A DNA stretch of 64,000 bases from a virus (Duplodnaviria; Caudoviricetes), in IMG/VR virus record IMGVR_UViG_3300020172_002590, positions 17,458 through 81,457 of that record; one strand, given 5' to 3'. Under the pieces are notes generated by a model, which made no database searches, had not been told where the DNA came from, and saw only the letters and a list, made by a program, of their open reading frames with translations. The position numbers and the translations under genes are program-made. This document shows positions 57,601 to 64,000 of this stretch, piece after piece (positions within the stretch are counted from its first letter, which is position 1; the number at the start of each line of letters is the position of its first letter).

Positions 57601-60600
57601 TGGCTTTATAACATTCGCATATACATAAGCTAAAAGGTTAGGAACATCTGTTGATGTAAAATCTTTAAGACCGTATAGACCACCAATATTTAAATGTGTA
57701 CTCCCATCAGCCTGTGGATACATTCCAAAATTAAAAGTGCTACTGTTAAATAAAGCATTTTCTGGCACTTGATTTGCTATATCATAAGGGTTGACATTAG
57801 GTGGGAAACCTTTTCTGACCAAACTAACTGTATGACTCATACCGTCAATTTCATGCTGTAGAGATACATCTTTTAGACCAGGAAATTTAACTGCCTTAAC
57901 CTTATCCGCCTGTGACAATTTCCTAAAATAATCACCAGTAGAACCTCCAAATTCTTTTTCCAGTCTTTCTACAATATCAAATACAGTATTGCTAGTTCTA
58001 AAACCACCAGTTCTACCCAATTTTGATTTCTCAATATTTCCAAGAACTCTTTGCCTTAATAATTGTTTTTGAAGTCCTTGAATATATTTATATTTACTAT
58101 ATGCAATTTGATAATATTCTTGCAATGTAGTTGTGCTCATTGCAGAATTATACGGAACTAAATTATTAATATTCCTTTTAAGTGGAATTATATTTGCAAG
58201 AGCATCCAAGCCTCTTTCTTTAATTGCTGGCAGTATTTGTTTTAATGGGCTTCTTACTAGACTATAAGGTTCTTCACCTCTCAACAACCTTACAGCATCT
58301 TCTGCATACGCTTGATTTCTATAATCTTTACTAAAAGCAAGTCTTCCTCTGATGTAGTCAAGCATCGGAACATTCTTTGTAAGTCTTCTTGAGATTATTC
58401 TTGGCAGAGTTGGATAAAGAATCTTATCTTTTAGACCCATTGTATTTCTTGCATATCTATTTGCAAACATTTCTTGAAATATAGAGTTAGAATATAAATT
58501 GTAAGTATCTTTAACACTGCTAATATCACCAAAAACATCAGTTAGAGGATCATTAATTCCAGCTCCTACTAGACGAGTATCTGCTTGTGCACGAGATCTT
58601 CGCCCCTCTGCAAGATCATACCAAGCTTGACGGGCTGGTTTGTATATAATCTCATTAGATCCGCTTGTTATCCTTTTTGAGCCAGCAATTTGTTTTTTAT
58701 TTAGTAATCCCCTCTTAAGATAGAATAATTCTTCACTTATTTTACGGATTGGAGGAAATTTTGCTTTAAGAGGATTACTTATTTTATTCCAATAGAAATC
58801 AGCAATATCTCCTCTTCCAGTTTTTGTAAATACTTTTGGTACAGTCTTTATTCCTTTACCAAAGCCTTTTATAATTTTTGTTAAACTCATCGTTGGGTCT
58901 AGTCCAGCCATTGCAGCAAAGTCTCCACCCAATTGTGTGGCCATGTAGAGTTTGCTTCCTTCTTTGGATAGGCCAGTCTTGTCAAGACCAAAATATGCAA
59001 GCGCTCCACCAGGAGATAGCACTGTTCCCTTGCCAAGAATGTTTCTACTTCTAGATGCCTCTTCCATAGCTTTTTCGCCAGGGGTTGTTGGAAGGAAGCC
59101 AGCAAGCCCGAATGGACCTCTATCAAGACCATAAAGTTCTCTATAATCTTGTCCAGTTGTTATTGTTAACTTAGCTGCTTTAAGTCTCTGTGCAAGAGAT
59201 GTTTGCATCAATGGGCTTGCAACTAATTGGTTAAAGAGATTGCCATTATTTTGTCTTCTGCCAGTGCCTGGGAGGTACCCAGCAAGTGTGCTACCAAGAG
59301 CAACTCCATACTCTGGGATAAAAGATACACCAGAAATAAAAGATGACGTACCAATTTTTGCAGTGTTCGCAACGCCAGTAACTACTTTGCCAAGTGTTCT
59401 GTCCCAAAGACTCTTTTTCTTAGGAGCAGATTTCTTTGCTTCCTTATTGGCATTATCAATAATTTTTTGAAGCGCCCAGCCATCAATAGCATCAGCCATT
59501 CTAAATTGCCCTGCTGATGTTTTATTATTCTTACCTCTTACTAAACCACCAATTGCGTATTCAAATGGGGTGTATGCCTTTTCTCTTGGGTCTTTATATT
59601 GTTCTCCACTTTTTGTCATAAGTTGAGAAATTGGTATAAACTTACGAATTCCTGCAGAACCAGTTCTTGTGAACCCAATACCATCTCGTTCTGATACAAT
59701 CAATCCAACTCCAAAAGGATGATTCTTATTATTGTATCTATCATTCCTGAATGATTGCGGACTACCGAAGTGGAAATCGGATAAAGTGCCTGCATAAGTT
59801 GCCTTAAGTCTTGCGGCAGCAGTGCCTGATTTCTCTTTTACGCCATATTTACCCTTATAGCCAAGAGACCACATTCTATTATATACAACCATTTGTTGAT
59901 ATGGATCTGCATTATATGGAAAATCAGAGAATTCTAAACCTCCCCATTTTTTCCAGTTTTCATAAGAGATACCAAGACCACCGCCTGCATAGTCACCTAT
60001 ATTATTCCAGTCCTTACCTTCTTTTCTCCAGATTTCTCGCATGTAGTTGTAATTCATACCACCCATTGAGACTTGCCATTCATAAAGTGGTTTATATTTA
60101 CTATTTGCATTTTTTCTCAGTGTATTATAAAAATATTTATATTGTTTGCGAATCACAGCTAGTGTTGTATTAAAATTAGGGTCAGTTCCCATATTTAAGC
60201 CAGGGACTTCTAAAGGATCTTTTAATGGGGTAGGAGGTTTTGCTATGTTGTTAGTAGATCTTAATTCTCCACCTTTTGCAAAGGAATCAATCATTCCACC
60301 GTTTGCGTATGGTTTTGGCTTATATGTACCCTTATTGATCTTGTCCATCATTCCCCAACCGTATTTTTTAACGGCTGAGTTTCTTACTACATATTCACCA
60401 CCATGCAAGATTGCTGGAATTCCTTGTTGTGTTGGACCTTCTGTTGCACCACCCATTGCATATGGCATACCACCTTTAAAATAACTAGATGGAGTTAAAT
60501 TATAAGTACTATCATTTAACAAATACTTTGTTTTATCAAGAACCATTCTTGCAACCGCTCTCGCTTTATTTGCAACAGTTCCAGACTTATTCCAATTATC

Positions 60601-63600
60601 ATTTGTATTTTTAAAAGCAATGTCTAGATCACGAATTGATATATTTTCATTTGTTTTTCTTGGAAGGAAATATCCCAAAGTCTTTGACAAAAGAACACTT
60701 TGATTAGATTGAGGATATGCCCTCCTTGCTGCTGTTAGAATCGCTGTTCTTAAAGAGACAGCATCTGCAACTGTTGGAGCCGCAGTTACAGGAGTACTGC
60801 TATCTGCCCTCATTCCAGCATTATATAGACCTGTACCAAGTGCTATTGACTCTTGGCGAGTAAGTGCCCTGCCCCCTGTTGCTCCCCCAAGACCGGGACC
60901 TGTTGCGCCAGAAGTGCCTGCAGTACCAGCCCCACCAGCAGGATCACCTGTATCAACAAGTGACTGATATTTCTTGTAGATTTCAAAAAGCTTCTTAAAA
61001 GATTCAGATTTAGTATCAATAATTGTTGTTAGCGTATTTGTAAGTCCTTGATACTTTCTTGTTAGTGCATCAATACTTGCATCAATTGTTTTATTCCAAA
61101 CACCAGTTGGACCAAAGGGGTTATTGTCTGCAAGAGTTTTACCAATTGCCTCAAGAGAAGAAGTCAATGGTCCTGATGCATTAACTCCAAGTTGCGATAA
61201 AGCACCGCCAAAAGAGTCCGAGAAGACAGTCCCCATACTATTAGCAATCGCTCTTGCTCCAACAAAACCATTACCACCTTCAATAAGTTGGTTAAGCATT
61301 GTATTGAATTCTTCTGCAGTTGTTGGAGGGAATTCTGTAATCTTTTTGGCAGCATCGGTAAATGACTTAATCATGTCATCAAAATACTTACTTGCTTCTT
61401 GCTTTGCTAACTTAATAGAATCAATTAAGTCTGCTCTATTTTGCTCAGCGACTTCTTTTGCTCTATCTTGATTAATGTCATTAATCTTTTCGGTATCTTG
61501 TGTTTCTTGTCGGGCTGCTTGATCTGCAATATTTCTTGCTTCATCAATATTTCCAGCGTATACAGCCATAGCATAACTGCGTCTGCTATTTATTCTATTA
61601 AGGGATCTTTCAGCCTCTGCTTCTCTTAATCTATTCTGATATTCTTGTTCTTTTGTTAATCTGCCCTCTGCCTTAGCAACATCTTCAATTTTCTTTATTT
61701 GTTCATCATAAATTGCAAGTGCAGATTCTTTTTGATTTTTTAGTACATCTTGTATACTTTCAACAACACCTTGCATTGTGTCTTTAATACGATCTGCAAT
61801 TTCTTGTTGAAGTTCTTTCTTTAAGCCCTTAAGAACAGCAGCAATCCTTTTTGCACCATCTTCTGCTCCATCTTCAAACCCTTGGCCAGATTGATTAGCA
61901 ATTGTTTCTTGAGCATCGTCTGCATCTACATCAACGCTATTTTCATCTTTACCGCCAAAGAGATCAAGTTTGCCTTTACTCTTTTTGATACCACCTTTAG
62001 CAAGTTTATCAACAGCGCCTTTTGCTTTCTCAACTCCAGAATCAATGCCTCTTTTAAGCGTGTCACCAGCTGAGTTAACAGCATTTGCAACTGTTCTTAC
62101 AGTGCCTACATATGCATCTCTAGCATTTTTTAAACCACCTAAAACAGCACCACCTGCTGCTCCTAAGAATCTTCCAAGGATTGGTATTCTTTTAACTTGA
62201 CCTAAAACCCATTCAACAAAACCAAAAAATAAATCTGTTGCTTTTTCAATACCCCATGCCCATGCTTTCATAAAAGCAGTTGGAATTTCAAAAATCAAAT
62301 TAATAATTTGCTTAACAAGGAAACCCATTATTGTAATTCCAAGTTTTACAACACCTCCAAAGACATTAGCAAAAGCTGCTGCTAATGCTTTTAGGGCATC
62401 ACCCCATTTTCCTTGGAAAATATTAACAACAAATTTAACAAGATTTACAATTCCATAAAGATATGGTTGAATTATATTCTCTACCAACCACTTAAACATG
62501 TTTGCAACAAATTCGAGTACTTTTGTTAATCCATTAAAAGCGCTTCCAAGACCGCCAATAGCGCCTTCTGCGCCATCTGCACCACTGCCGAAGGAACTAA
62601 ACAAATCGACAATAGGTCTGACCAAAGATTCAAATGTTGTTTTTAATGTGCCAAGAACTTTTTTAATAGTTGCAAACCCAGAAGCGCCAGCTTGCTTGAA
62701 CTTGTCCATGTTTTTCATAACAAGCATTATTGCAACGCCAAGTGAAAGAATTATAACGCCTATACCAGATGCTATGAGAGTTACCTTAGTAAGTTTAATT
62801 GCATTATTGACTAATCCAAATGATTTTGCAAAACCACCAACACTTGCTTTCATTCTTGCAAAAGCGCCGGGGCCTGTGCCAGTAAAGGCTAGAGTTTCAA
62901 TTCGCAATAATCTTTGTGCTTCTTTTGCTCCTAATAATCCTTTTTGATACATACCAACAGCAGCAGTTGGAGCACCTTTGATCGCAGAAAGACTACTTGT
63001 TAATGCAGAAGATGATCTAGCACCAATTGTGTCATATGCTTGAAGAGCTCTACCTCTTATACCACCACCAGCAATTGAGAGCGCTCTTTCTTCTGAGATT
63101 TCTCTTCCGAGTCTCATAATTCTTCCACCGCCAAGAGAGGAAGATGGAGATGTTCTTGTTATTCCAGTTCTTTCAAAGGCTTGCTGTCTAAGGTTAATTG
63201 CTTCACCAACATCAGCTGCTGATATTGATCTAAAACCAGTTCTTCTTCCACGAAGACCAAATCCTTGTTCAATGTTATATCGTGTACCAGAGGCACCAGA
63301 TCTTCTTAAACCCATTTGCTCCATTGAAAACTCTTCTTCTGCAAATGCTTTACGAGCAGCAGAAGGGATTCTTGCGGTAGGGTCTAGGGGATCAATAATG
63401 CCAGCAGATGTTCTGACGAGTCTTCTTAGTCTAGCAGCAGGAGTTGCCCCACCGCTAAGCATTGGGTCAAGAGTAGGGTCTCCAGATAATGCTCCCCTCA
63501 CAGGCTTTTGAGACATTACTTCGCTTACTAAAGGAAGAGGGGCAGTTGTTGTTTTTTGAAGAACACCTGTCATCTCTCCAAGTTTTTTAGCCATGTTTGA

Positions 63601-63999
63601 GACTGGCCCATCACCACTTGATAATGTTGCAATAAATGTTGCAAATTTACCATTGGTATTTACAACAGTATCGCCCATAACAGTTAATGGCTTTGTTAAT
63701 TTAAGAAGACCATCTCTTGCTGCAAGGGATTCAATTGTCATTGTTTTAAGACTTGGCAGGAAACCAAACAAAACTTTTCCAATGCTACCCATCGCAAGTC
63801 TAAACTGACCAAATACGAAAATCAACGGACCAATTGCAGCAGTTGCTCCTGCACCTATAAGTGCCATTGTAGAAATTAACTTTTTAGTTCTATCATCAAG
63901 ACTGGACCATTTTTCAATAAGAGTCGTTGAAATGTCTGCAATTTTTTCTATTGCTGGCTTTACACTTTTTAGTATGTCGGAAGCAAAAGCTTTAAAGTT
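54667..63999 (-). CDS. Tape measure protein with C-terminal cargo domains (5' end outside the window)
   Basis: Frame open to the window edge; Ala/Gly-rich amphipathic and hydrophobic segments, coiled coil, two PAxLHGGEYVV motifs, Rpf-like domain. Confidence 0.9.
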   Translation of the reverse strand, partial: NFKAFASDILKSVKPAIEKIADISTTLIEKWSSLDDRTKKLISTMALIGAGATAAIGPLIFVFGQFRLAMGSIGKVLFGFLPSLKTMTIESLAARDGLLKLTKPLTVMGDTVVNTNGKFATFIATLSSGDGPVSNMAKKLGEMTGVLQKTTTAPLPLVSEVMSQKPVRGALSGDPTLDPMLSGGATPAARLRRLVRTSAGIIDPLDPTARIPSAARKAFAEEEFSMEQMGLRRSGASGTRYNIEQGFGLRGRRTGFRSISAADVGEAINLRQQAFERTGITRTSPSSSLGGGRIMRLGREISEERALSIAGGGIRGRALQAYDTIGARSSSALTSSLSAIKGAPTAAVGMYQKGLLGAKEAQRLLRIETLAFTGTGPGAFARMKASVGGFAKSFGLVNNAIKLTKVTLIASGIGVIILSLGVAIMLVMKNMDKFKQAGASGFATIKKVLGTLKTTFESLVRPIVDLFSSFGSGADGAEGAIGGLGSAFNGLTKVLEFVANMFKWLVENIIQPYLYGIVNLVKFVVNIFQGKWGDALKALAAAFANVFGGVVKLGITIMGFLVKQIINLIFEIPTAFMKAWAWGIEKATDLFFGFVEWVLGQVKRIPILGRFLGAAGGAVLGGLKNARDAYVGTVRTVANAVNSAGDTLKRGIDSGVEKAKGAVDKLAKGGIKKSKGKLDLFGGKDENSVDVDADDAQETIANQSGQGFEDGAEDGAKRIAAVLKGLKKELQQEIADRIKDTMQGVVESIQDVLKNQKESALAIYDEQIKKIEDVAKAEGRLTKEQEYQNRLREAEAERSLNRINSRRSYAMAVYAGNIDEARNIADQAARQETQDTEKINDINQDRAKEVAEQNRADLIDSIKLAKQEASKYFDDMIKSFTDAAKKITEFPPTTAEEFNTMLNQLIEGGNGFVGARAIANSMGTVFSDSFGGALSQLGVNASGPLTSSLEAIGKTLADNNPFGPTGVWNKTIDASIDALTRKYQGLTNTLTTIIDTKSESFKKLFEIYKKYQSLVDTGDPAGGAGTAGTSGATGPGLGGATGGRALTRQESIALGTGLYNAGMRADSSTPVTAAPTVADAVSLRTAILTAARRAYPQSNQSVLLSKTLGYFLPRKTNENISIRDLDIAFKNTNDNWNKSGTVANKARAVARMVLDKTKYLLNDSTYNLTPSSYFKGGMPYAMGGATEGPTQQGIPAILHGGEYVVRNSAVKKYGWGMMDKINKGTYKPKPYANGGMIDSFAKGGELRSTNNIAKPPTPLKDPLEVPGLNMGTDPNFNTTLAVIRKQYKYFYNTLRKNANSKYKPLYEWQVSMGGMNYNYMREIWRKEGKDWNNIGDYAGGGLGISYENWKKWGGLEFSDFPYNADPYQQMVVYNRMWSLGYKGKYGVKEKSGTAAARLKATYAGTLSDFHFGSPQSFRNDRYNNKNHPFGVGLIVSERDGIGFTRTGSAGIRKFIPISQLMTKSGEQYKDPREKAYTPFEYAIGGLVRGKNNKTSAGQFRMADAIDGWALQKIIDNANKEAKKSAPKKKSLWDRTLGKVVTGVANTAKIGTSSFISGVSFIPEYGVALGSTLAGYLPGTGRRQNNGNLFNQLVASPLMQTSLAQRLKAAKLTITTGQDYRELYGLDRGPFGLAGFLPTTPGEKAMEEASRSRNILGKGTVLSPGGALAYFGLDKTGLSKEGSKLYMATQLGGDFAAMAGLDPTMSLTKIIKGFGKGIKTVPKVFTKTGRGDIADFYWNKISNPLKAKFPPIRKISEELFYLKRGLLNKKQIAGSKRITSGSNEIIYKPARQAWYDLAEGRRSRAQADTRLVGAGINDPLTDVFGDISSVKDTYNLYSNSIFQEMFANRYARNTMGLKDKILYPTLPRIISRRLTKNVPMLDYIRGRLAFSKDYRNQAYAEDAVRLLRGEEPYSLVRSPLKQILPAIKERGLDALANIIPLKRNINNLVPYNSAMSTTTLQEYYQIAYSKYKYIQGLQKQLLRQRVLGNIEKSKLGRTGGFRTSNTVFDIVERLEKEFGGSTGDYFRKLSQADKVKAVKFPGLKDVSLQHEIDGMSHTVSLVRKGFPPNVNPYDIANQVPENALFNSSTFNFGMYPQADGSTHLNIGGLYGLKDFTSTDVPNLLAYVYANVIKPNNVTRITNGSYSKYSYALSRQLSDMMAELDPRIEVATPSIFDWRPNSIDFQPSIGRSYFPTEQQALENFNELNMLKDPIKSIKTKASVKEIVKARSRSKKKGQKIYSPDELEMAQVAGQYYIRQLNDLMGFIRGQLNPDFSPYGPFGIGMPSATLLNPALRRDYWNIANSRFMYPNVGSGNYAQDPIETLLELFRRMPNPELPSIISSSPWPQSVPGVAQRIPLDQMFNGGLIQSFEKGGLVKGNKTSAGQFRMADAIDGWEIQRITSKATEEVKKKKKSLWGKFTSAVTSPFRAVKNRLQKEMFGAMYGQGTGTSGSYTDNFKGFAEATKNASVFNPRGISDYEAPPGSIYANEALRQGMSMIRTGMDFTPSGGIMSAANAADKNRSNLSRLGWGLASYAAIAGNPTIFDKNAGYMGGAGKGIKGVSNLQKTIQEASNIEQFFPGTRIPMPAGLRPTLSQETGRILNLIGATASDSGDVLRRETLPYSFDSRHVQNIRSRAHAIHQRFYGIYTDPYRSYSTRDIANRMWYRTLGMPIVQPGSSAFREASLPVSDFWRIARSSGRFSDEQIKNAFSLAQIPSRIDDSFPSMYGYSDFDRFMDALYTGRVVNRKLPTDMVKYTSYISQRQIQAQMRERVLKNIHISRSIRMARMKGVLSSREEYKALMDKMILNVEKGGARGNRYEIKTWQPLSDGSYGNTSDFSFYIDPEYKTLSVGVLQRGNSFGSAIDVMKMLSYVYSDIMVPNNIDTIYPGSTSVHSEALVIKLKEIFQKLDPNVRFLELFGGEHNPTNLNDIDFNLGPYLNRYTSMMGDTLGEGNVFRDANVRTRTHLMLRRIMENARGVTGESKSSITNRIGGYANGGFVNAFASQGVPAMLHGGEYVVNSNAVKNLGIAALQAINDMRFNTPKSPSYAGPVQPQTSSTSTVHIYVDNFIGEKQWFESMMKDYNINVAPQNQKAAGLNNTTISTYRGINRGL

Positions 64000-64000
64000 A

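Larger units (their letters stand above)
1..64000 (-). mobile_element. Segment of a large tailed bacteriophage genome, probably infecting Actinobacteria
   Basis: Terminase, tape measure, tail proteins, DnaE/DnaB/DnaG/RecA, two WhiB genes, dense co-oriented small ORFs, no host housekeeping operons. Confidence 0.96.

Noticed and set aside
55030-59560. Diversity-generating retroelement behind the tape-measure repeats
   Set aside because: No reverse transcriptase in the window, and differences between the header copies are mostly synonymous rather than adenine-specific.

Overview
This 64 kb window is part of a large, AT-rich tailed dsDNA phage (Caudoviricetes, siphovirus-like tail). The host is most likely an actinobacterium, judging from two WhiB genes, an Rpf-like domain, SigA-type and leaderless promoters, and a DnaE/RecA/DnaB/terminase gene set like that of large Streptomyces and freshwater actinophages. 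Nearly all genes are on the minus strand. Left to right: (1) a repeat-rich, mostly non-coding control or origin-like segment (1-1650) holding the only plus-strand gene; (2) about 20 kb of short 'early' genes with two tRNAs (Arg-UCU, Ile-UAU), a lytic transglycosylase, HNH, KTSC, a GHKL-zincin fusion and WhiB; (3) packaging, recombination, DNA-modification, glycosyltransferase and replication genes (22-47 kb); (4) tail genes and a tape-measure gene of more than 3100 codons that runs off the right edge. The most striking observations are: a tape measure carrying an array of cargo domains bounded by [FY]xxGG motifs (an Rpf domain plus a duplicated GNAT-like module); a tandem, covarying double-pseudoknot RNA directly upstream of tRNA-Arg; a kink-turn/uORF leader on the transglycosylase; a nested +1-frame gene inside the C5 methyltransferase; and triplets of a 12-bp palindrome plus tandem DnaA boxes at the left end. 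Family assignments come from motif recognition by eye; no database searches were run.
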